Shown here one piece after another: positions 12,309 to 24,242 of a stretch of DNA of 64,000 bases; the stretch's first letter is position 1; every line of letters begins with the position of its first letter. Location of the stretch: the NCBI GenBank assembly GCA_021613535.1, contig CP075493.1:1178001-1242000 (forward strand). Direction: 5' to 3'. The position numbers and the translations under genes are program-made. The DNA is from Adineta vaga (taxonomy: Eukaryota > Animalia > Rotifera). Under the pieces are notes generated by a model, which worked only from the letters and a program-made list of their open reading frames with translations, was not told where the DNA came from and searched no databases.

Positions 12309-14640
12309 GAGCTCTTTTTCTTCCATAGATGAAGTCTTAATTTTGTTCTATTTCATATGCAGAAAATAACCGTTAATAAACAAGAAAACGCTCGTTGAGA
12401 GTGACTCGCTTGACCCTCGACTGAAGAATTAACAAAAATGAATTTACTGATTATTTCTGCTGTGAAGCGTTTAGTTTTGACAACGAATTTTTTTATCTTC
12501 CTTACATTCCAAAACATCATGAATTCCTAAACTATCATTATTGTCATATGATATCATTTGGCTTTCTATTTGTGAATATTTGTTGATACTGCTATAATAT
12601 TCAAAAACGTTAACTTTGTGAATTTTATGGTTTGCACAACTGAGATTCTAAGACGGATTAGAGAAGTACAATAATCTTTATGCAACAAAATGTTAAAGAA
12701 ACAAGCAAACATCTGCATAGATTTCTAAGCACAGCCATCATCTCTATATCGTTGTTTGTGCAAGAAATCGAAAGTAGATCTTTCGAATGCTTTCGTGTGT
12801 TTTTCGCGCTGATTGGTGTAATAGGAGGAATTGCATGTAATCGATGCCACACCCATTTACTATCGTAAAGAATAATAGCTTTTGAGAACGAGGTATTGTG
12901 AAGTGCTACTTCCAGGTTTTAGGTCCGCGCAGTCAAATAACTATCAATAACTAACATCACGTACGCGTTAATCAATAAATTCCATTATGTCCAATTTGTC
13001 AGCAAGAACTATATTACTTTATAGATCGACTCATTCGAAAGCTTCTCGAGCATCAAGACTGTCACCTATTGCACTAATGATAGGTCTCTCAAATCAACGT
13101 CTAGTCGTTCGTCGGTCTCCTTCCGGTCGGCCACTCACGGCTAGCCCTTGAGATTCATGGCTTATTCTCTAATTTACCATCGGAAGAAAACCAGTTGGAA
13201 AGAGGAAACATTCTCTTGGACATCTGTGCATAGAATAGATTATACGGTGACTCTTCAAAGATCTTCTACCTAATGGCTATTTCCACAGTTCTACATCTAT
13301 GAAAAAGGATGAGTTAAGTTTGAAAATCAAACTTATTCTATTTTCCTGATGTATTCCGTATATATAAATTAACTGTATACAAGATTCATTCGAAAAAGAA
13401 ACCCTTCGTATTACATAAATTTGCGGATGTAAACACTATACTTTCGAATCCATAGTAAGATAAAGTGTACCCGTAACGAACCCAAAAAGGAACACCGACT
13501 GTCACATGAAAGGAAATGCAGCACAGAAATGATGTATGTTCAAAGTTTCTATGAAGACTGAATGGTATCCTCTCTGGTATGACAGTTTTAGAAGAAACGC
13601 TACACCCTAGTATAAAACTGAAGGATAAATTGCAATCTACCGAAATCAATCTGCGAATAATTCATTTTATCAACTAATGATCTTTAATTTCTCAGCGGCC
13701 CACCTACCCACCCACATCCATCGTCCCTCTACTATCGCTTTTCGATGTTTGCGACAATTTTACTGAAAATGTTTCTTTGACCTTTCACCCGCGACAGAAA
13801 TACAGACAAACGAATTTCAGCTTTTCAGCTCCCCTTTTATTTTACAAAAAAAGCGTTTTAGCATATTGATGATCAATAGATAAAGTAAAGAAACATATAG
13901 AAACAAATAAATACAAAAGAAATGTTGTATTTAGAATAAAATAGCCATCTTTTTTTATATCATCATCTTTTATATTTGATAAAATTATGTCATTAATAAA
14001 TGTTTGAAATTGTTCCGAATAAATTGATAAATATTTGTTATACGTGTCTTTGGTAAAAAATATTTCATTATTTTTTTTTCTTTTCTTGAGTTACTAATTC
14101 CGATATGAACACCGGCTAATCGACCATGACAATCAATAATAATCGAGTCACTAGAGCCACACAACGTGCTGCAATTGTGTAATGAATATTGATTATTATT
14201 GGGGCATGACTCTTTGATTAGATTTCTAATAGAAACTGACTTCTAATTAACAATGTGACGTTTATTGAGTTTATCAATTGTTAAATTTTGAAAATCTTTT
14301 AAATATTTGTATGGTGCTAAATCATTTTTTACGTAATTCCCCATTGTACCCGATAAGATTTGTATTCGAATTTAACGGAATAACATTTGATTCCAATAAA
14401 ACTAAATTAATTTTTGGAGTGAAATATTGATCTATTGTCATATATGTAATAGTCGAAGGTTGAATTCAAATATTCAAGTATTCAGTTACTCAACGAGTGG
14501 TGTGACACATCCTGGAGATCGGGGATGCACCCTCATCTCTCTCATAAGACGAGCTGGTCTCCGGTGGCATCATACAATGGTGTATTGTATTTCACTCTGA
14601 ATTTAGAGGAAAAAAGATATTTTATTTCTAACTGAAAATG

Positions 14641-14935
14641 AGGAACTAAGAGGACTAACGACAATGCGAAACTTATAAAATGACTTCGTTGTCATTTTGT
14701 GACGATCGGCAGTGTGTATAGGCCCACTCTTCATAATCAGAGTCTAAACAACTATTTTCATCGAAGAAAAAATGATTCAATACGAATGAGAATGAAATTT
14801 CTTGGACGAAGAAATTAGAATATATATGAATTATGAAAGTTTGTTTTCTAGTAACGTCTTCAGATTTATCAATGAAGTTGTTATATTCTGTTGATTATTA
14901 TGAGTTTTGTTGGTTCTCTTAGCCCCTTAGTTCCT
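14641..14935. repeat. Imperfect inverted repeat pair, possible degenerate MITE
   Basis: aggaactaagaggactaacga (14641) versus tcttagccccttagttcct (~14916-14934). Confidence 0.35.
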
Positions 14936-15306
14936 GTAGTTGTCTGTACGTTCAAATAATTGCAAGAGTGATGATGGTAGTATCTGATTGAGGGTGAATT
15001 TATTGGTTTTATTCAAACGACTATTCTTAGGATATTCATTGTGAAAGATGTTGATTTGTTAGTTACCTTAATTTTCGCTCTAAATATATGTGCGAGGGTC
15101 GATTTGTTCCCTAAATTCTATTTGAAGTATAAAAGACCATAGACTCAATTGAATGGGATAATATATCATATGTTCGAAACGTTATTTTTCAAGCAAAATC
15201 TTTCGAATCTTTCTCCATCAAGAAAAACTTAATTTGAATAAAACAAACTTGGAAAAATGAACAAACAACGTGATATTTTTTCACTTTTCGTGCATATCAT
15301 TCTATA

Positions 15307-15447
15307 CAGTAGAACCTCTTATAGTGGACACCTCCATATAGTGGAAACATTGAGGTCCGACGGACCGCTTTTTGCTGGAATTGAACCTCTACATAGTGGA
15401 CACTTTTGAATCGTCCCAAGAGTGTCCACTATAGAGAGGTTTTGCTG
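15307..15447. mobile_element. 141-bp Tc1/mariner-pogo-type MITE
   Basis: TA|cagtagaacctcttatagtggacac ... gtgtccactatagagaggttttgctg|TA; ~26-bp TIRs, TA target duplication, internal repeats of atagtggacac. Confidence 0.9.
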
Positions 15448-15600
15448 TAAACGTTTTTCATATTGTTAATATTTTTGTAAAAACATAACTAAGCCTAAAA
15501 TATTTATTCCAATATCAATTAGAACAACAAATAAACGAATATAAATTAACAATTGCATATGTCGACATGGATATGTATTTATATATCTTTAAGATTGTGA

Positions 15601-16927
15601 TCACATATCATCATTATCAGGACTCCGTATGAATGCTCCAGCTGATTATAGACAAACAATTGTCCCATATAATTTGCTAAATCTTATCTAAATCGACGAA
15701 TAATCATAAAGATAAGAAGGAAAGAAATGAGATATTTTTAAAAAAAAGTAAAACGAGGAAAAGGAGCAGCTACAACCTATAACAAAAAGTTCAATGTCTT
15801 TAAAGCCATTCATTGTGTTGATGTTTTAGGCAGATTCTGATTGTAAATCACCAATTTACGGATTAACACCAGCTTGAGCATTTGGTTGTATTGCTTCAAT
15901 ATATGTTTCAAGGTTGTCTATGACTTTAATTGATTGTTGTATAAAATCATCAATATTGATCATATTAATTGTTTTATACGATGAAGAACAAGCACTTGAC
16001 GAATATGTGATGTTACTAATAATATTAAAAAAAATTTCAACTATAACTAAAAAAACATATCTACGGTTCTTCCAATATATATTTGTCAACCGCAAATTGT
16101 CCCAGAAACTGCTGTTCATTAACCTAAAATTTTAAATACATAAATTAATTATTGATTAAGTAATTTTTTTCTTTGCCCCCATATTGATGGGATACAAATA
16201 TTCATATTTCATATTATCATCAACTGATGTTCCATTATTAGATATTTAAGATTCAGGTGCAATTTCATGGTCAGCTTGAATCAGCACACCATTTTTTGTA
16301 TACGTAACATAAATCGAACGCGCATCATGTTTCATGAGATATAAAATCTCACCAGGAACCTATTCAAAAAGGAATCAAAATATTTCTCTTAAAATAAAGA
16401 AACTTACTTGTTCCATTTTATTGATGACTTTAAATCCACGTTCGATCATCAAGGCATGAAACAAGACGATTAATTTATCACTCTTGTACGTTAGGTGTGG
16501 CTCATACAGTTTTAAAATCATATTGATTAAAGGATACTTCCCAGGACAATCATTCCGGTTGTCGGAAACGGCGCCTTAAACGACCACAAACGATTAGAAA
16601 ACAGCAATTTACTGCCTTGGTTTTGACCTTATTTCTATACATTTCTGGGTTAACCGATTACGGTGGCGTATTAGTGCCAGTTTTCGCCTTTTTTCCATCG
16701 TTTAAGGCAGTTTACGACGTCGTTTTCTTAGACCTGAGATATTTAGAAAAAGTAAACAACATCTTTTTTTTGAAAGTAAAGAAACTTACTTCTCCAATTT
16801 TATGCACAATCTTGAAACCTTTTTCGACCATAAGACAATGAAACAATACAATTAATCTATCACTTTTGCAAGTAAAATATGGTTCGTATAGTTTTAAAAT
16901 CAAATTCATTAAAGGATACTTATCCAT
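15601..16927 (-). pseudogene. PI31/PSMF1-like (FP-domain) gene with tandem-duplicated first exon, apparently disrupted
   Basis: LILKLYEPYFTCKSDRLIVLFHCLMVEKGF (16927-16790) and MILKLYEPHLTYKSDKLIVLFHALMIERGF (16539-16408) resemble the PI31/FBXO7 FP-domain N-terminus (D-x-L-[IV]-x-x-x-H-x-x-[MV]-x-x-x-G-[FY]). Both end at gtaagt donors. Further exons at 16359-, ~16123-, ~16017-15860; stop TAA at ~16246-48; PDNDDM* at 15601. Confidence 0.55.
16540..16738 (+). mobile_element. Non-autonomous element with CCCAGG termini (CMC/EnSpm-like), copy 1
   Basis: cccaggacaatcattccggt...cgttttcttagacctgag; reverse-complement homolog at 54222-54482. Confidence 0.85.
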
Positions 16928-17082
16928 TTGATAATATAGTTATAATTAAGCTAATGATTAACTATCAAATTTCTAAAAATAATAAACAAGAAACAATTTT
17001 TTGCGTTCATCATTCAATCAATTTAAATTAAAACAAACAATTCCATATTATGCGTAATTTAATAGAAATATATTCACTCATA

Positions 17083-17240
17083 CCCAGGCAGACAGAAATT
17101 TGAAAAACGCGTGTAAACGTTCAATCGGGAACCTCGACTGTGAGCTAAACACGAAAACTAATAAAACGCCAAAAACGTCGTTTTTAACGTGTATTTGACA
17201 CTTTCGGAACGTTAAAACGCTACAAATCAGACGTTTTCAT
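17083..17240 (+). mobile_element. Fragment of another CCCAG-terminated non-autonomous element
   Basis: Starts cccaggcagacag, followed by repeated aaacg/cgttt motifs; no right end found. Confidence 0.45.
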
Positions 17241-19720
17241 ATAATAATCTTCAACATGTTAATCTTGGTGAATGATAAGCACCAATATTGGTATTTGATT
17301 GAGTTGGTTTTGTTCGTTGAGAAAAAGAATAAAGAACCGGAGATGATGATTGTTTATGAACAATTATTGTAGTTGAATGATGAAGTAAGAAACATTGTAC
17401 GATTATTATCTAATGTAGATAATATGATTTTACACAAATAAATAAAGATCTTGATGTTAAAAGAGTATATTTCGTCAAAAATAAAGATTTTATCTATCAT
17501 GATGCATTTTTTACCATAAGAATTTTTCTGATTGATATTCCCGATGAAGTATATGCACATAGAAAAAATTTAGATGATAGTTTTACTTGTTGAATGTAAA
17601 ATCTGTTCATTATTTGCTATTGTTGATGAAGAATAAGTTGAAGTAATATGAATTGCAGTTGAATATTTTGTTACTGTTGTTGTTAATAAGGAAGTTGATC
17701 GAATAATTGAAAGAATATTGTATTATTATTCATACTTGCTAATGTTTCTAATTCAGCAAGTCATCTTAATGAATATAAGCATAGAATTGATTTTGACTAA
17801 AATGAAAAATCGAAAAAAATCATTGGATACATGTAATTGACATATTTTACTTCTTCTAATAATTAGAATCAATTTTTCTTCCTCACTAAAATCAATTGTT
17901 AACTGACTTTTCACTTATCCACTTGATGTATTTGATTGTTGATTTGATGATTTTATTTCATCATTAGATATTTTAGTTGTTAATCATGATGGAATAGGCT
18001 GTAATTGAAAACGAGTATAAAATGAAAGAGAAATCATGATTTAATTCTATATGGAGACATCTATAGATTAAGTGTTATAAGAAATAAATGAATCTCAACA
18101 ACTGAATAATGACGTCATTCACTATCTGCTTTTTTTCTAATTCTGAATTCTATTCTGAATAGATTATGAAGAATTCGTTTTCGTCTATCTATATAGCCTA
18201 TTATTGAATTCTATTCAAATTTGTTTATTGGACGATAGAATCAAATCACTGCCTTTATGAACAAGTACATTGACATAACGATATGATATGTAAATATCTT
18301 TATAAAAACCATTTCTAATTTAATTTTACAAAAAAAAATCAAAGATTATCTCATTCGTGCAAAATCATGCTTTGTAATTATCAAGCTCATATGATAACAA
18401 TATTTCGTAGTTTGTAACTAAAAAGTATTTCAATTTTGAGAATCTTGATTGAAGTTAAATAAAGCACTGAACATTGAGAAAATTCGAAAGATAAATTGGT
18501 ATTAACTATGTATGGGTATAGTCTTTCTGTCGTAGCTCGGGAAATCTATGTGATCAATATATGTAAACATTTTTATAATGCAATAACTGCGTTAAGTGGA
18601 CAATTTGAAAGAATATCCTAGACGTTCATTGTGAGAGGAACTTTATTGTATATTCAAATCCATCATTTTTCGTTCGATTGTATACATTCTTAATCTTTTC
18701 TTGGTTATGTTGTACTATATTGAAAGAAAACATATGGCCTGACGATTGTTATTATTCTTTTATATCCCAGATGTATTTCTAAAAGATAATCAGACAAAAA
18801 CTTTTATAATGAAGTTTTAGATAAAACGGAATGAACATCCATCAATGTAAGTGGCGACTTTTTGCTAAATATAAGTAAAAAATGAATCTGTATTATCGAA
18901 GATCATAATCGTGAATAAAATATTAAATATCTCAAATAATAAACTATTGAAAATCCTAGACTAGATTTCTCTATATGTTGCGATCTAACTGTTGCAATGT
19001 AAAAAGATACTAGCTATTTTGTACTTTAATTTTCATAAACTGTCGAAATCGAATAATAAATTACATTAACTTATTAGATACAAATTGACAACAAATATTT
19101 CATATCATTCCATAAATTCTACTGACTTTTCAAAAAATCAAACCGAAGTATTGCAACAATGATTTTCCGTCATTAATTTAGTAACAGGAAATAACACAAT
19201 GAATGAAAACAAGAACTAAATAAGTAATAACTATTATAATCATTTATTCAAAATCGAAATACTGTCATTTTCTGTGAATAATATTATGTTAAGCAATATG
19301 TATCTAGAATTATATCATTTGAGAAAAGATGTTCAAGATACATGTGAAACAGTAATAAAAGTTATTTCACTAAATATCTCCTATCAAATCATATATCCTG
19401 ATTAGCTAAATCCATAGTGCACCTATAGGAAGTTGACCTTTACCAATGTTTTCTTAGACAAAAAAAACTACGTAATATCATTGCATCGATGTTCATCATC
19501 TTAGATATTTTAAACAATAATAACAGAGAATAAATGAATTCGTCTAATGTTTTCTTTCATTATTCCAATGATTTGATCTTTGTTCATATGGACTGAAAAA
19601 GAATCATTCTATTTCTCACTGATGATCACTGACGAATGACATCGGTAAAAAAAAACGAATAAAGTGACCACGTATATAAATTCACATGTCTCAAACAAAA
19701 TAATAGAAATGCGTTTCAAT

Positions 19721-21421
19721 ATGGAAAAAAAATCAATGAAATTAGATAATTTACCAGATGAAATTCTTCTATTTATTTTGAAAAAATTACATCATGTCGA
19801 AGTACTTTACTCTTTAATCGGAGTTAATAAACGATTATCTCAAATTGCGTATGATTCAATATTTACAAGTCATTTACAATTATATTCTTGGAATCAATCT
19901 GTCCGCTCATTACCTGATGCAATGCTTGATCAATTTCAATCACAAATTTTACCTGAAATTGGTCATAAAATAAAATGGCTTAGTCTCGAAGCAACAACTA
20001 TGGATCGTATACTCGTTAGAAACTATCCTAACTTAAATGGACTCGGCTTATATGGTATTGATTTCAACAACGCTGTATCTTTATTAACTGGTAAGATATT
20101 TCAATTTATAGTATTTGAAGAGAAAATAAAAATATTGTTTTATAATATAATTAAACAATCTGTAAAATCTTTTGTTTTTATTTAGATGATATTGTATTTT
20201 CTCATATAAATAAAAGTCAAATAACATCATTAATTATTGAGATGGACAAAAATAAGAATCATCTTGAAACAAAAAATGTGAATCAAATCATATTTTCAAA
20301 TATTTTTACAATGTTCAACAATTTAAAATATTTAAATTTCGGTTCAATGATGATGTGGGATAAACAATTTTCATTTGACATGTTATCTTCAACTGTTATG
20401 TCTTCAAATCTCTTAGAATTACATATATATGTGCATCATTTTACTGATTTACTTTATTTACTTGATGGACGTTTCAATCAATTACATACATTGGATGTAA
20501 AGGTCTATGGCATTAGATGCAGTTAGTCAGTAGTTCACAATGAGGTAAATCATGTTTAATTAATAATATTATATATAGAAATATTTTCTTTAGGAAAAAC
20601 TAAATAATTTAAAATGTTTTTCATTATGTTCTGATAAGCGTGTACTATGTTATGAAAGTTTAGTTGTACCATTTTTACAACGAATGTTAAATCTAGAAAA
20701 ACTTCATTTAGATTTAAGGATTGAATGCTTCAAAGGTTTTCTTAATGGACATGATTTTAAAGAAAAAATTATTAATTATATGCCAAGATTAAATGAATTT
20801 ACATTTAATATTCGTTTATATAGTCAGATATCTAATCAACACACTTTACTTTCCAATGAAGATATTCAAAATACATTTAAAGATTTTAAATTTAATCCAA
20901 TTATATCTTGTGTTGATTTTTTTGAACAAAACGAAGGTTATTGCCATATTTATTCATATCCTTATAGATTAGATTATTACGACAAGATTTCAAATAATTT
21001 TCCAGGTGGATTATTTAAATATGTTTATACGGTTTCATTATATGATGAATATCCATTTGAATATGAATTTTTTCTTAAAATTGCTCAATCATTTCCATTT
21101 ATGAAAAAATTAAGTATAGATAATAGAAAAGCACAGAAGAATAAATTCAACAACGACAACCAAGATCTGTCTATTAAATATACTCATCTTGTTGAATTGG
21201 ATCTTTTACAAGCCCATGATGATTATATTAGACTATTTCTATTTGATCCGAATGTATCTTTGCCGATTAATGTTCATCTTTCTGTCGATTATGACGCAAT
21301 CAAACGGGTAACTGAAAATTTCACACGAATGAATTGTAAAAAATTTCAATCTTTATATATTGACGCAAAAGAAATTACGCAATATATTAGAGGCTATTTT
21401 TCTCAAACAACTATTTTCTGA
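19721..21421 (+). pseudogene. F-box domain protein (same family as 2702), single in-frame stop
   Basis: KLDNLPDEILLFILKKL; exons 19721-20090, 20186-20544, 20594-21421 are phase-compatible; the only lesion seen is TAG at 20524-20526 in exon 2. Confidence 0.8.
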
Positions 21422-21865
21422 TTATTTTTTTAATCATTGTGTTAAAATATATAGGAAACAATAAAAGTAACATGTTCTGAATTTATTGTATCACTACGAA
21501 AGACTAATATCAGTAAAAAGATATTTTCAATATGACTATCATTTGAATGCATGGCAGCGATTATATCGTTGCTTTGAAAATGAATCAAGAAATATGGTCT
21601 TCAATTAGCAACATTAGAATTACTATCATCTCTTTCATTTACTGTATTTTATACTCTTATTTCATCATTTCACTGTAATTAGTTTCTGATGCAACGAAGA
21701 AATTATCATCTGATTCAAGGTGTATTAATGACAATCCCTCTAGACGTTGTTTACAATGTATTTTATCATGATTTGTTTTTCACTGATGAATAATAATAAA
21801 AATCACATCGAATAAACAGTTTTTAACAGTAGAAAAATATTATTTATTTATGTTTAAAGTAATAT

Positions 21866-23862
21866 CTAAATCGACGATGAATATTCGATAACATCAGCTA
21901 ATGCTGTACTATATGATGCTGGAAAATGATCAAACCACATTCTTGGATGAACAATCAAATGATCAAATTGATTATAATTACTTATACAAGCACGATAAGA
22001 AGCTTTTCGTGTAAATAATCCAACACGATCAGTTGAATATAAATGAATTATTGTTCCAGGTAAAACTAACTGAACACGTTCAATTGAATGATCTGTTGAA
22101 ACAATTTGTGATATTGTTGAATTAATATTTGTTCGATCTGATTCATTACTGATTGAATGAAATACTTGTCGACGTTTTGTTAATGTTCGAACAAATGTTG
22201 TTGTTAAAATACGAAATTTATTTAGATTACATTGATTTAATGCAAATAATATTCGATCACGTAATTGTTCTAATGATTGAAGTGATGCACGTGCAATCAT
22301 ATCAACATCAACAACATATGAATAAATAAAATGACGAGTTGATAAAACTAAATTTTCAGATAAAACAGAACCAGGCATTGCAATACCATAACATTTCAAA
22401 TGTGGATATGTGGATTTGAGTAATATTGAAAGAATACATGCAATACCAGCACCAAGTGAATATCCACATAAAACTAATGAATAGTCAGGATATTTAACAA
22501 AGATATCAATTAAACGTTGTAATATATCATCACGAATGTATTTTGCTGCTGAATGCATACCACTATGACAATATCCATTACCAAATAATTCAGTCTCAAG
22601 AATATCTTCAACAGCATCGATATCAGTCAAAACATCAGTTGCACTTAATGTTCCACGAATCGATATAATGATCGTTTTTTTCTCATTATCAGCAGCAATA
22701 TAAAATGGAGCTAATAAAACAATATGAAGAATTATATTCAGTTGAATGAAGATTTCTTACCTCGACCAAAAGCACCAAAAAAATTTGCATATAAAATTAC
22801 AGGTTTTTGTTCTCGTAATAAATATTGTAATGTTCGATATTGTCCACCACATGGATCATACAAACTATCTTCATTTTGACAACAAGGTATTCCACAACAG
22901 CAACAACAAAAGCCAATCGTTCGAAATCGCATAGCAAAAAGAATTCGTGGTAGAAACGTCCATCGATAATGATATGCTAATGAAAACCTATAATAACACA
23001 AATTCAAAAAATTGAAGTTAAAAATCTTGCATTTCTAACCATCCAAATGCTGATTGTGCATAGGAATTATAATAAAGACCATCTTTAATCAATTGTAAAG
23101 GAACATTTTCATAAATATCAATTGAACGTTCTTCATAGAAATCTTCGTGTTGTAAAAGAACAAGACCAGCAGCAAGATCACTTGTAACCAGATCAAATCT
23201 TTCATCATCAAATAAATATTGTAAGGTTTTAGTAATATTTTCAATATTTGATGATTGTCCACCTAGAATCAAACTATATAACAACAAAAATAGACGATAT
23301 TTCTCTTCTTACCATAACTTCTTCCACAACAAAATAAAAATTTAATTCTCATTTCCCATTTTTTCTCTGCACTAACAATACCAGTTAAATCCAGAGTAAA
23401 TGCCAAAATTATAAACAAAGACATGGCTAAGATACTACTCAAACAAACTGAAACAATCATTATTCCACGTAAAAGATTATCACATTGTTGAAATTCTCGT
23501 AAAAATATAATTAAACCAAATACATTAATTCCAATATCAATTAAAACAAGAATTAAACGAATGTAAATCAACAAGGGCATATGTCGACGTGGATAAGCAT
23601 TATTTATAGGTGTGCCTTTTAAACTAATAACAAAAATAATCAAAGAAAGAATGATTATTAAACCATAAAGAATACAAAGTAGATAAAAATAAACCAAAGA
23701 AAATAAGAATGGACATTGCCATTGAGAAGATTGATCTTCAAATTGTAAAATTGTAAATAAAATTAATAATGGAAATCGAAGAATAAGATCAATTAATGAT
23801 GGAATAGTTAAATCATCGGATGAAAAATTAAAACGACGATTGAATAAACGAATGGCAGGCAT
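21866..23862 (-). CDS. sn-1 diacylglycerol lipase-like (DAGL alpha/beta family, Lipase_3 domain)
   Basis: DAGL N-terminus MPAIRLFNRRFNFSSDDL, four TM helices, DLVTSDLAAGLVLL, PFYIAAD..IIISIRGTLSATDVLTD, HSGM, GYSLGAG, DMIAR, WFDHFP. Exons 23862-23313, 23262-23040, 22987-22761, 22710-21866. Confidence 0.92.
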
Positions 23863-24242
23863 GTTTTATTAAATAATAAAAAGTATGTTTTGTATTTCTC
23901 TTGCATCACATTCATTGATGTATAGTTCGAGAGGAAAAGGGCACAATAGTATAACAAGCTGTTGCAGTTAATAATATACAAAAAACAACTCGCAAATGAC
24001 AATGTTTTCATCGCATCATTGCCAGTGATATTCAGTAGAATTCTCTCATCAATAAAAAAAATAATAAAAACTTTATTTCATATCTTCTGTAATGATGAAA
24101 TTTATCGTTTTGAATGAAAAATTTTTTGTTGTATTTTATTGAATATTCTGAATAGAAGAATCAATGATGAAAATTAGATAGTTTATTTCCGAATCTTGAG
24201 ATTAAAATTTTAGTATAATACAACTATGTATTGATTAATTAA

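Noticed and set aside
15560-15582. Plus-strand VDMDMYL resembling the PI31 C-terminal HbYX tail
   Set aside because: Wrong strand relative to the PI31-like exons and not followed by a stop; coincidence.
3658-20526. Stop-codon reassignment or selenocysteine explaining the in-frame stops in F-box genes
   Set aside because: Different stops (TGA, TAG) at non-homologous positions, one copy also frameshifted, and neighbouring genes use TAA/TAG/TGA as normal stops.
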